Shown here piece by piece: positions 12,161 through 24,308 of a stretch of DNA of 64,000 nucleotides. The notes beneath the pieces are model-generated. The model was not told where the DNA came from. It saw only the letters and a program-made list of their open reading frames with translations, and did not search any database. Position numbers and translations under genes: made by a program. This DNA comes from Eledone cirrhosa (lineage: Eukaryota): NCBI GenBank assembly GCA_964016885.1, contig OZ024740.1, forward strand, positions 61,380,001-61,444,000. Direction: 5' to 3'. The number at the start of each line of letters is the position of its first letter. The first letter of the stretch is position 1.

Positions 12161-12204
12161 GAAATATATATATATATATTTTCACACATATATACATATA
12201 TATA

Positions 12205-13661
12205 CATCATCATCATCATCGTTTAACGTCCATGTTCCACGCTTGCATGGGTTTGGACGGGAGTTTTCCCACTTGAGGCAAGAGTGGTTGTCTTGCTACA
12301 CGATCTCATTTGTTTCGGCCTGGATTTTGTGGCACCAACATAACTTTACATTGAAAGGGGCGGTGTGGATGGGGTGGGGTGGTGGTGGGACGGGGGTGTA
12401 TTTTGTTAGAGATGCCTACTGACTGTAGTAGGTTTTACTTTGTATTTAGGTAAGGCGGGTCTTCTCTATTACTGAGTACCGCCAAAGATCTCGGTCCAGT
12501 GACATTGTATTGGAGAGGTGCAAGTGTGTGAGGTCGGAATTTATCAGCTCGTCCCAGGTTTTTCTGGGTCTGCCTACTCCGTGGCTACCGTCTATCTTTA
12601 TTGCCCTGCACTTTGCTATACAGCTGTCGTCTTTCATGCGCATCACGTGACCATACCAACGTAGCCTTCTCTCGAGTAAACATCTGATCCCTCTTATTTC
12701 TAATTTTTTCCTTAGTTCGTTTATGCTTTGCCGTTCGCGTATATTACTATTACACATCCAGCGGAGCATGCAAGCTTCGTTCCTCTCTAGTCTGCGTATA
12801 TCCTCTGCACACAATGCCCAGGTCTCACTGCCATGCAACATTGCTGTTCGTATGCAGGCATCATACAACCTGCCTTTCATTTTTAGGGAGAACCCTTTAG
12901 CGGCTAATAGTGGTATAAGCTCTCTGAACTTTTTCCATCCAGTTCTGACTCTAGCTACTGTACCTTCAGAGCACCCTCCCCCACTGCTGATTTTGTCACC
13001 CAGGTAACGGAAGCTGTTCACTATTTCTATAGAACCCTCTGTGCAGTTGAAAGAGCTAGTATTTTGTGGGCACTTGCTGCTACTTATTGCACCAGAGCAC
13101 CGGCCACATGTAAAATCTGTGTTCTTAGTTAGCTTACCTGTGATCCCACTACATCTTTTATGCACCCATACTTTGCATTTGGGACATAAAATGGAGTTTC
13201 TACCTACGCCTTTCCTACACACTGAGCATGGCCATTTCCCGGAAGGGACCGGCGCCTTATTTTCTTTCCTACAAACTAGAACTTTAGTCTTAGCCAGGTT
13301 AATTTTAAGGCCTTTTGATTCTAGGCCGTGCTTCCATGTTTGGAATTTCTTCTCTAGCTTGGCCATTGATTCAGCTATGAGCGTTAGGTCATCTGCGTAT
13401 AGGAGTTCCCATGGGCAGCCGGTCTTGAACTCCTCTGTTATAGCCTGAAGAGCAATAATAAATAGTAGGGGGCTAAGAACAGAGCCCTGATGGACACCAA
13501 CTTTTACGCTAAACTCTTCACTATATTCGTTGTTAATTCTAACCTTGCTCACTGTTTCTTTATACATGGCTTGTATAGCTCTCACAAGCCATTCGCCAAC
13601 ACCTAGTTTTCTAAGAGCCCACCAGATAATGGAACGGGGGACTCTGTCGAAGGCTTTCTCC
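12205..13661 (-). mobile_element. 5'-truncated RTE LINE copy (RT, PHD insert, 3' UTR)
   Basis: ORF 12446..13663 is nearly identical to the last part of ORF 48747..52028 (YADD, FRYLG). It has a (GAT)n tail, lies between TA-rich microsatellites and has an internal deletion in the 3' UTR. Confidence 0.95.
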
Positions 13662-14786
13662 ATATATATATATATACATACATATCATCATCATCATTTT
13701 ACGTCCAATTTTCCCTGCTTGCAAAGGTGGGACAAGTCCTATTCAGCACAGCATCTCTCCACTTGTCACGCTCCATCATCATCTTCTCCAAAAATGATGA
13801 TTGATTTTAAATCAGTGATATAATTTATGGAGAAAAACTCCATTAGGGTGTCTTAATATTATTGAAATTTGCTGAAATTTTGTGAATAGGCATCATATCT
13901 TGTCATTTACCTATGGTTTAAATTTCATATAAATCGATGGGAAAAAATTTCAGCGGGGGTTGTGCCGCTGGGAAATCCTGATTAAAATGAAATATACTTA
14001 TCCAAGTACCCTGGGCAATGTAGTTTCAGAATATATAGTTATGGGGGTCTATCTCCACAATGCTCAGCCACTTATATATTAATTTCAAATGGGGGCTATT
14101 TCATTGATAAACAACAGGAAAACTTGTCATCAAAACCAATAAGAGGTTCATTTTAATACAAATCTCAGAACATTTGAATTTTTTTTAACCCTTTTGATAC
14201 CAGACTGTCTTAAAACAACGTTAGTTCTACAATGCAAAAATTTTATGTTAAAACATTTTTATCTAAAAACCTTTACTATTTTTATATAAGGGCACAGGCT
14301 CGAGATTTCTGGTGTTATGCAATAATAAAGAAGACTCACATTTCCATACACATGGTTAATGCATGCATCAATTTCCCTATCTTTCTCCTTCCATGTCCTA
14401 ACATTCCACCCTTAACCCACAACCCTAAATCCCACCCTTCACCCGATAGGTCCCTCACCCTAGATCTACCTCTCCAATCCCTCCCCACACAGCCTCCAAT
14501 TCACACTGTAAAATGGTCATTTTGGTAATACGACAAAAAGCGTCCAGTCCACATTGTAAAATTGTTTTGGTGTCATGATAAAAAGCACCTAGTACACACT
14601 GTAAATGTTGTCGAAATTAGGAAGGGCATCCAGCTGTAGAAACCTAGCTAAAGTCAGTTATATATGAGCAAGACACAATCATCTGATCTGGCTTGTCTCA
14701 CAAAAGTGTACTACACATCTATCAACCCATGGTAGTGTGGAAAATGGACATTGAACAGTGGTGATGATATATATACATACATATAA

Positions 14787-14823
<37 letters not shown>

Positions 14824-15156
14824 CATATTTATACATATATATATATAAATACACATATATCTAGAGGAAAGTAAAAACCAGACTGTGACGCCTAGCGGTT
14901 TCAGCTCATATTCACAGGCCTTTCCAAAGGTCTACATGCACTGTGTGTGTGTGCGTAACACATACATACAGTTTCTATCTATCACATTTACTTACCAGGC
15001 TTTTGTTGGACCAAAGCTATAATAAAAGACATTTGCCGAAAGTGCCACATGGTTTTGATGCAAATACCTGTGCCTAACATTTTTAATTAATTTGTAAATA
15101 CAATGTTCTGAGAAATCAGTTTATTTCTTGTCACTCCAAAACAGTGTAATCTTTAA

Positions 15157-15362
15157 CCCTTTAGCATTTAAATCAGTCACATCCAGCTACAATTCTCTCA
15201 CTTCTTTCTGTTCAAACTGGCCACTCATACTGATGTTAAGGTATTGTTCTCAAAATAAATATAAAAATCTCAGATTCAATATTATGTGAGATAATTATGT
15301 AAGGTAAAGCCTTTACTGTGAAAATATATTAGTAAATACAGATTAATGTAAATGCTAAAGGG
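15157..15362. mobile_element. piggyBac-like MITE, family A
   Basis: TTAA|CCCTTTAGCATTTA...TAAATGCTAAAGGG|TTAA: perfect 14-bp TIRs with a TTAA TSD. Confidence 0.88.
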
Positions 15363-15975
15363 TTAACCCCTACTCCATCCAAAACTATGGGGGTGTCGCC
15401 CCCCACTCTAAAAACATAAAACATGTTTCTTAAATATCTTACACTTCCCACTCTTGCATATTTCTTTTTTTTGTGTGTGTTGTAATTCTATTTTATAGAG
15501 GAGAATAGTTGAGAAGAAATTTATAACCTCAATTTGATTCCCAGTTTTGAAAGGCTGAAAGGTCCTAATGTCACACAATCTCGTTTTTCTTGTCAAATCT
15601 AATGCATTGTATACCTATGTGCCTATGGAAACAACATTTTTCTACTGCCATTCATCATTCCTTCATCCATTTATCAATAATTCTTGTATTCCTTTGTTTC
15701 TTTGTTGTGTTTTTTTTTTATTTTTTTTTTTTACATAATTCATGTATTTTTCATTCATATATCTTTCGTTTCTTCAATGTTAGAAACAAATATTTTTTCT
15801 CAATATTAATAACATATACCTTCCATATACATGTCATGTTACATACATCTATGATCAAAATTATTTTCAACATAATATTCCAACATTCACAATTTGTTGT
15901 TTTTTATTTTTTATCTTAATAAAATGTATAAATTCATTTAATTGTTAATTAATTAATTATATATATATATATACA

Positions 15976-16166
15976 CAAGGGGTGTCCCCCAAAAATGTAT
16001 ACACAATATTTATTAGAATGTGCAGCCTTTCCCCAAAATAAAATGATCTACAGACATTTGTATGTAAACACCCAAAAATGTTTACCTAATTTAAATAATG
16101 CATATAAAACAATTTATTTCAATGCATTTTTTTTTGCTGTTGAAGCGTTTTGTTTTGGACATCCTG
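15976..16166. mobile_element. Tc1/mariner-type MITE
   Basis: Ends GGGTGTCCCCCAAAAATGTATACAC and TTTTGGACATCCTG lie within TA repeats. A shorter relative is at 32559..32652. Confidence 0.6.
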
Positions 16167-16385
16167 TGTATATATATTTATATATATATATATATCGAGG
16201 TTGTTGTATTGTTGTGGCAACATGCTTTTTGTTGCTTTATTCTTGGTGTCACACTTCATTAACTTTTTGTGATTACTCTGGATGAAAATGTATTAATTTC
16301 TCACCTCATTGAGTGCTTTTGTGACTGCCTCTAACAATTTGATGAGCGTCTGCTATAGTATGGCTGAAACTTCGATTATACTCAT

Positions 16386-16432
<47 letters not shown>

Positions 16433-16834
16433 TGTGATGTTAATGAATGAGAATGAATACTCAATATCGAAGTAGAGTTTAATGATATTATGGCTAAGAG
16501 TCCTACCTGATGATCCAGTGAGTACACAGGTAAAACTCCAGAGTAACAACACTCATGACTGTCATAATATATATATCATCATCATCATCAGGTTTAGCGT
16601 CCGTGTTCCACGCTTGCATGGGTTTGGACGGGGGTTTTCCCACTTGAGGCAAGAGTGGTTGTCTTGCTCGCATAGGACTGTCTGGCGGGTTTTCTACAGT
16701 TGGATGCCCTTCCTAACACCAACCACATTTATATATATATTTGTAAGATGGTAAGAATTACTTTTCTGATGTTTGTTATTCTTATACAAAACAGTTATAA
16801 CAAATATTGGGAAAGCTAAATAAAACAATTACAC

Positions 16835-17227
16835 AAAACATTGTGAAAGTATTCCAATCTTGTGGAGGAGCTTGGCAGTACGGGGTCCAAGGATGCCTGA
16901 TGTCTCGATGGCGACCGGTGCGAAGAGGAAGTGGCAGGACAATCCCTGGAATTTGTTTGTCTTCCTCTCATCTGCATTTCAGGCCACAGTACTGGGGTTT
17001 GTTGCCGAAGTGACTAAGTTGGAGGTGGAGAACTTGTCAAAACATATGGTATCCCAAATGAGGGATCTTTCTCCTTCGAATGGGAAGAGGGTAATTCTGT
17101 CAGTGTGCTTATCATCTCCGTGGTCAAGGCCTGCGAGCAACATGTCAGGGGAACCGGCCTGTGCTCTGGCAGATAAACATTTGAAAAAACCTGTTTTTTT
17201 ATGGGATGTTAAGAGTTAAAGAAAGCT
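16835..17227 (-). mobile_element. Insertion carrying a CRE-like restriction-like endonuclease (RLE) fragment
   Basis: Minus strand reads GLDHGDDKHTDRITLFPFEGERSLIWDTIC...ERKTNKFQGLSCHFLFAPVAIETSGILG. It is flanked by a 21-bp direct repeat AGCTAAATAAAACAATTACAC (16814..16834, 17228..17248). Confidence 0.7.
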
Positions 17228-18619
17228 AGCTAAATAAAACAATTACACCAAAACTGCATATTATGAAAATGAAATAAAACAGACAAAAAATTGTAACTGC
17301 TAATAATACCTGTTATACAAAACATATACTGTGAAAACTATCAGATATAGTCATGTATAATTTGCACTGGTAGATAAGTCAAACCACCATTTTACATTCA
17401 ATATTTACAATGTATATTGTATTTTGAATTGAAGTTTTGCAGGTCCAGCACATAGGTCACATGTTGGGGTTTTTTCATGTATTTTTTGCGGCAAACGTGC
17501 GATATATATGGTAAATAAAATAGTTACACAAAACATATGACAGCTAAATAAAGTAGAAGAAAATAAATATTAAAAAAGACACAAAGAAAATTAAGTATGA
17601 AATTTATTGCTGTTAAAATATATATATTTACATTTTATTCTGAAAATTTGGCATAGAAAAGAATAGAATCTAATATTTGATTTAGTTACATGTCTGCATA
17701 CATATATGTACATGCAAATAATAAAATAAGTATTTTATACAAAATATACAGTTGCTGCATGTTTATAGAAGTGAAATGAGTTATCACTATAGTAGAAGTT
17801 TTCAGTATTATTTCACTCACAGAGAGTGCTTTTACATCTGTTTTTCCATGCTAGCATGAGGTGAACAAGATTTTATGAAGCAATATTATATGACCAGAGG
17901 CTCTTCCTGATGCCAACCCTTATTTTTTAAGATACTGATCTCAATTTTTCCTAAGCTGCAGGATATTACTTATATAGACATAAACAAACATCACCTGCAT
18001 AAGCAGTGTCAAATGCAAAGTGGCAACACAGATAAACACTTACATGTACACATATACACATACATACATGTATGTATGTATTTGTTGCTTTTTTTGTATG
18101 AAGTTCACACATCTCTGCCTTCTGTTCACAACACATTCAAAATCGAATAATCAATTGCCACTCAGAAATAATTCATTTTGTGTATCATTGAATGTTGATC
18201 AGGCTATTGAAGATAAATCAATTTGTATTGCCTTCCAGCAAAGACAACATCGATAAATTCCTTACACACACACACATTATTTTTCAAAGAGACTAACTTA
18301 AACTAAGGACTCAATACTTGTGTTTGTAGAGTGTATATTGATTTATTTGATAGTGACTTTCCAGTTATACAAGTGTTTTAAAATTATATACCTATGCAGT
18401 GAGGCACTTGTATAAATATAAGGTATCTATCAAATATGTGTACACATGCACACATATGATGGGCTTTCATATAGTGTCCATCTGCCAAATTCACTTACGG
18501 AGAACATAAATCTGTGGTTATTGTTATTGCCATAAAAATGTAGTGCATTTCACTTTATAGAGCTAGATAATTTAGATAATACAAGCTATTAGAAACATAA
18601 TATTGATTGCTTACATAAT

Positions 18620-18718
18620 TGTTTCTACTTTTGGCACAAGGCCAGCAATTAATCCAGTGTATTACTGGTACTTTATTTTATCGACCCCGAAAGGATGAAA
18701 GGCAAAGTTACCCTCGGG
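18620..18718 (-). mobile_element. 5'-truncated young SINE with 18-bp TSD
   Basis: 3' half of the family at 43546..43732. TSD ATTGATTGCTTACATAAT at 18602..18619 and 18719..18736. Confidence 0.85.
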
Positions 18719-19289
18719 ATTGATTGCTTACATAATATTCAACAAATAGAGATTAAAAGAATAAGCACTATATTTGAAAAGAGAAAAATAAGTATTGAGG
18801 TTTATATGAAGGTAGTGCCCCAGGATGGTTGCAGTCGAATGGCTGAAACCAGTAAAAGGATAAAAGAATACACATAAGGCCACAAATTTAGAGAGAAGAA
18901 ACCCTCATACTTGACTGGTACTTTTTTTTATCAACCCTGAATGAATAAATGGCAAAGTCGAGCTCAGTGGGACTTGATCTCAGAACAAAGATAAACACCT
19001 TAATACTTGGAAAGGAAAGGCATCTTGTCTGATGCTCTACCGATTTTGTCACTGCGCCAACCTCAATAACAGTTTCTAATTTAGGTACAAGGCCAACAAT
19101 TTTGGGGAGAAGGGGAAAATTAACTATACTGACCCTAGTACTTTACATTATCAACCCCAAAAGGATGAAAGACAAAGCTGACCTTAATGGGATTAGAAAC
19201 CAGAAAGTATGGCAATAGGGTTTTCTACCCTCAACCATAACATACAACTTCACCCCTCCTGGAAGGCAAATGAGGCCCGTGATATTGCA

Positions 19290-20440
19290 GATGTGGAGTA
19301 GCACCTCCATCACCGAAAAGATTATACTAGAATCTCAATGTAGATTATGTGCCTCTCGTGGCACAATCAGCATGATTTTCTGTGCAAGGCAACACCAAGA
19401 GAAAAGCAGGAAACAACAAAACCCCTTTTTCCTTGTTTTCCATGACTTAGAAAAGGCTTTTGATAGCGTTCCAAGAGCTGCTATGTGGAAGGTTCTTCGT
19501 TGTTTTGGATGCCTTGACCACTTTACCTCTCTAGTTCAAGCAATGCATGACAATATGTTTGAACGTGTATTCCACCAAAACACACTGTCAGAAGAATTTC
19601 CAATCACATGCAGACTAAAACAAGGATGTGTCTTGGCACCTACGCTATTCATTTTGTATCTGGCTGCAATGCTTCATGAACTTCCTCTAGACAATCCAGG
19701 GGTTGACATCAGATATCGATATGATGGAGGACTTTTCAACCTTAGTCAAAACATCTCACACATGCAACATGTCTCAGAACTTCAATGTGCTGATGACAAT
19801 GCTGCCCTCTGTCATTCAAAAGGAGAACTCCAACTTTGCTCTGGCCTACCATCACTTTGGCCTTAGAGTAAAGATCAAGAAAATCAAGGCCTTTGCACAA
19901 CCAGCCCCAAATACCATCTTACCAGATTTTGATATTACCATCTGATACACCCCTCGAAAAAATAGAGCATTTTCCATCTCTAAGCATCAAAGTGCACACG
20001 AGAAAAGAATGTGGAACACAGAATTGGAGCTGCATTTGGAAAGCTAATCAAACATATCTTTAACAACAAAGATCTGAACTTAACAAAAATGATGGTCTAT
20101 AATGCTGTTGTCATTTCAACCTTGCTTATATGGCTGCCAAACCTGATCTCTATATCATCATGACATCCAAAAGTTAGAACACTTTCACCAGGAAAAGCTT
20201 CATTCAATCTTGAACATCAAATGAAAACACTATGTCACCAACAACAAAGTGCTGGAAAGAGCCAAGTCAAAGTATCGAATCACTGATCATGAAAGACCTT
20301 CTTCAATGGTCAGGACATATAGCAAGAATGGAAGAGTCATGGTTTCCACATTAAGTCTTAATCAACAAGCTCACTTCAGGGAAAAGACCACAGGGTTGCC
20401 CTCTTCAAAGATATAAGGACCAACTCAAAACAAGACTAAA
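19290..20440 (+). mobile_element. Degraded RTE-BovB-like LINE (RT region)
   Basis: ESQC..RGTISMIFCARQHQEK, DLEKAFDSV, LKQGCVLAPTLF, ELQCADD and a distal G.PLQRYKDQLK, with frameshifts. Confidence 0.85.
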
Positions 20441-20865
20441 ATGTAAAATGTTTATATACAAGTGTATACATAAATATATATATATAAATGAATGCTTTTT
20501 TAAAGATTGTTTGATGTAATAGAAACAAATGAAAAAGATCCAATATATGGAAACTGTTACAGTCTTTACACAGAACCAGTTAACAAGTTATTTTATAGGA
20601 TATTCATCTAACCCATGCTAGTGTGGAAGAATGAAGGTAAAATGGTGATGATGATGTAGTGCTAATATTCATTAGAAAAATATATTTCAGATAGATTCTA
20701 GAAAACCAAACTACATTTTCAGTTAATTTTAAATATCTTATAAATCTGAGATTTAAGATGTTTTATTTTTTTAAATATTGTTGACATCCTCATTGTTTTG
20801 CTGTATTTAAGTGGGATAACAGTCCAGGACCTCATCTTGTTTTAAATATTGCCACACTTGGTGAC

Positions 20866-20957
20866 TTCCCCATATTGGTTCCATCAAAACAAACAAGGTC
20901 TGGTGCATGGCTAACAGCACCAGATCTTGTTTGTTTTGATGGAACCAATATGGGGAA
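20866..20957. repeat. Near-perfect hairpin (41-bp arms, 10-nt loop)
   Basis: TTCCCCATATTGGTTCCATCAAAACAAACAAGGTCTGGTGC / GCACCAGATCTTGTTTGTTTTGATGGAACCAATATGGGGAA, with a single mismatch at 20898:20925. Confidence 0.95.
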
Positions 20958-22131
20958 TGGCATTAGTTTTGAGTTACTAGGCTGTGCTTTGTAACTACTT
21001 GCAAAGACAGACTATGGATTTGGTCTATAATATAATTACTTACTTAATCATACGTTCCAGCAGTGATAAACCTGATATGATATAAATACATAAACAAATG
21101 GTTTTTAGCCCAAGGTCTCTAGTTGCTTTAATCCAACCATCTTTACCTGAATAACTAGGTTTCTTTCAGACCACTAGCCATGATAAACAGTGCTGACCAC
21201 ATGACCATCAAGTTGAGTCCAATGACAGCAAATATATAAAAACATGCAATGCTACAAGAACCAAAGATGATTTTAATGGTTTCCAATTTAGGCACAAAGC
21301 TAGCAGTTTCAAGGAAGGGGAAAGTTGATTAGATCAACCCAGTACTTGACTGGTACTTTATTTCTATATGCCAAAAGGATGTAAAGCAAAGTTGGCCTTG
21401 GAAGAATTTGAACAAAGACTGCTAAGCATTTATCCAGTTCTTTAGCAATTCAGCCAATCCACCATCCTAGCAAAGAAGACTATAACGATACAATAATTTC
21501 AACATCTTAAGTAATCATCATGGTGAGGGGAAAAAATTAAAACTGCTAAATCTCATTCAATCTTGAAATAAATGTAAATTCTCTGTAGCTCTTTATAAAA
21601 TGAAAATAAAAAATGTTGGCACAAACAAATCATTGAAGACCTACCAGTTCTCCACAAGTACTTTCTCTCTCTGCAAGTTAAAGTATATACATGTACATTA
21701 ATGTGTATATACACATACTATTATAGTTCCCTTGAAGGAGTTTGTAAGATAAACTGAAACCACAGGGCTTGAGTCAGAATTTTACTTCAGTATATATATA
21801 TATACACACACATGAGTGTTCTAGCTATTGTTTCTGAAGATAGAATAGATGCGCTTTTTTAAGGGTGATGGCATGAGTTGCATAACTGCTATTGATAATT
21901 TCATTTTCTGAAATGATCATAAAATAATGGATTAATAAACTACTTCATCTTACTTTTTTTCTTCATTGTTTAACACACACATACATATATATGTATATAT
22001 ATATATATATAGTGTCTGTGAATTTGAATATCTGAGGGTGTGGAGAGAACTCAATCTTTTCTGAAGAGTTTTAATGTATTTTTATATAGTACAAGTTTTA
22101 CAATTCAGTATTACATATGGTTTTAAGCTGT

Positions 22132-22207
22132 ATGAGCCCTACTTTTCATCAGGCAAAAGTTTTCTGAACCATTATAAAACTTTTGCTTAATGAAATGCCA
22201 GGCTCAT
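22132..22207 (-). other. Pre-miRNA-sized RNA hairpin candidate in the putative PLEKHA 3' UTR
   Basis: 32-bp arms and a 12-nt loop. On the minus strand three of the six non-WC positions are G-U wobbles. Confidence 0.55.
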
Positions 22208-22444
22208 CCAACCCCAAAACATGTAGTACTGATTTGTAGACAATCACACACACACATATTTGTATGTGTATATAAAGATGATTCAATGAGAGCATGAAAA
22301 CGTAGGGTACTTATTAAGATGACATTAGCAATATTCAAAGTCACTGTTATGTTTAATATGTTATTTTTTGGAGGAGGAGGAGGTAATTTTGAAGGCAAAA
22401 TTAGATTGTCATGAATTGGAGCAGTTCTTGTTCTTAAGATGCAC

Positions 22445-22545
22445 TTATCCAAGGAATAAATCATTACCATAATAGACTGGGTCTTCATTAAAAGTGGAGA
22501 GATAATCAAACGAAGGGGTTCCAGCCCATGTCTTCCGGCGTTCAA
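22445..22545 (-). CDS. PLEKHA7: PLEKHA5/6/7-like alternative last exon B (33 aa)
   Basis: Strong acceptor tttgttttattttctatttcag. Phase-1 entry gives VERRKTWAGTPSFDYLSTFNEDPVYYGNDLFLG-TAA. Confidence 0.7.
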
Positions 22546-22626
22546 CTGAAATAGAAAATAAAACAAAAGCAAATTAAATAATTGACATTTATGCTGCTGC
22601 TGCCACACACATATATATATATATAA

Positions 22627-23050
22627 TCATCATCGTTTAACATCCATCTTCCACGCTTGCATGGGTTTGGACGGGAGTTTTCCCACTTGAGGCAAAATTA
22701 GTTGTCCTGCTCGTATAGGACTGTCTGGCGGGTTTTCTACGGCTGGATGCCCTTCCTAACACCAACCACGTTTACAGTGTGGACTGGGAGGTTTTTTTCC
22801 GTGTTACCTACACGGCCACATTACAGCGTGGACTGTGTGTTTTTTTTGTTGTGACACTTACACGATCTCATTTGTTTCGGACTGGATGTTGTGGTACCAA
22901 CATAACTTTACATTGAAGGGGGTGGTGTGGATGGGGTGGGGGTAGTGGGACAGGGGTGTATTTTTGTTAGAGGTGCCTACTGACTGTAGTAGGTTGCGCT
23001 TTGTACTTAGGCAAGTCGGGTCTTCTGTATTACTGTGTAGTGCCAAAGAT
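22627..23050 (-). mobile_element. RTE 3' UTR fragment
   Basis: Colinear with 51985..52431 in reverse. The (ATC)n tail sits in a (TA)n tract about 80 bp upstream of the exon-B acceptor. Confidence 0.85.
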
Positions 23051-24087
23051 CTATCTATATATATATATAAACAAGCTTCACATGGTTGTAAAGTGAACTC
23101 CTTAGCCCCAAACCCATGCCTGTAAATACACACACACACACTAGTGTACACACATAACCAGATCAAATAAAATGTAGATTTTCAACAAATTAATATTGAG
23201 AATTTGTCATCAGAAGTAAACAATACATCTAAAACAACAATACATCTAAACAACAATACATCTAAAACCAAACATCTAGTAGCTCTAAGTAACATTGAAG
23301 TTCTGGGGATTTATCAATGCAGTTCATTTTAAATGAAATATTTGAACAAAACAAAGAACCATCAAACATTAAGATAATGAAAATAATACTTATGACAAAC
23401 ATTATAAGACAAAATGTTGACCGTGTTGTTCAGCATCAACACCAACTGTAAACAAACTATCATCACCTCCACTACTACCATCTGAAACCACCACCACCAT
23501 CATCATCAATTTTTGTCTGTTTTGGCATGCAAGCATGAGTTGGATAAGGCATTTAGAGGTCTTACTCTACAGCCAGATGTCCTTCCAAATGCCAACACTC
23601 ATTTGTTTTTTTTTTAAAGTAAAGTATTGAATCTTCACATATCTAACTGTTTATGAGGGTACATAAACAAACATCACTGCATATGTTAGCAATGTCGAAT
23701 ATGTTGTGAAGACAGAGAAAAACAAACACACACAACAGGCTACATACAGTTTCCATCTTCCAGTTTAATACTCAAAGCATTTTTTATGTCAGAATTGAAT
23801 CAATCTCAAAAATTGTGAAGTGAATATATATAGTTACACTACATATATATTCTTCTGTATATATACAGTACATGTAACTGATCATAACTTTGGCATCAAT
23901 ACAATTATGAATGTTATATAAATATTTAAACTATCTAGGAGGAGAAAAGCAGTAAAATTAAAATCAGTAAATAATTAAACAATTAACTCTTGAATTCTCT
24001 ATTATCACATTTCATATTAACTCTTTGAACACCAAAAAATGTACTGGGTACCATATTGTGTATTGAAGATGTATTAGTACATCTTAA

Positions 24088-24308
24088 CCCTTTAGCATTT
24101 AAACCGGTTGTATCCGGTCAGAATTCTATCACCTCTTTCTGTTCAAACCAGCCATAACTGGCTGCTTGTACTTATGTTAAGGTATTGTTCTCAAAATAAA
24201 TAATATCAACATCTCGTAGATTCGATATAGTGTGAGATAATTATATGAGATAAAGTGTTTAGTGTGAAAATACAATAGTAAGTATAGAGTAATGTAAATG
24301 CTAAAGTT
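24088..24308. mobile_element. piggyBac-like MITE, family A
   Basis: TTAA|CCCTTTAGCATTTA...TAAATGCTAAAGTT|TTAA; the body matches 15157..15362. Confidence 0.82.

Noticed and set aside
16495-16556. Hammerhead ribozyme (CTGATGA...)
   Set aside because: The required GAAA reads TAAAA and the helices are poor; at best a decayed Penelope-type remnant. Similar weak cases occur at about 14890..14935 and 16340..16380.
22204-22608. 134-aa minus-strand ORF as the terminal exon
   Set aside because: The upstream donor is phase 1, so the spliced frame is the shorter VERRKTW frame, not this ORF's frame.
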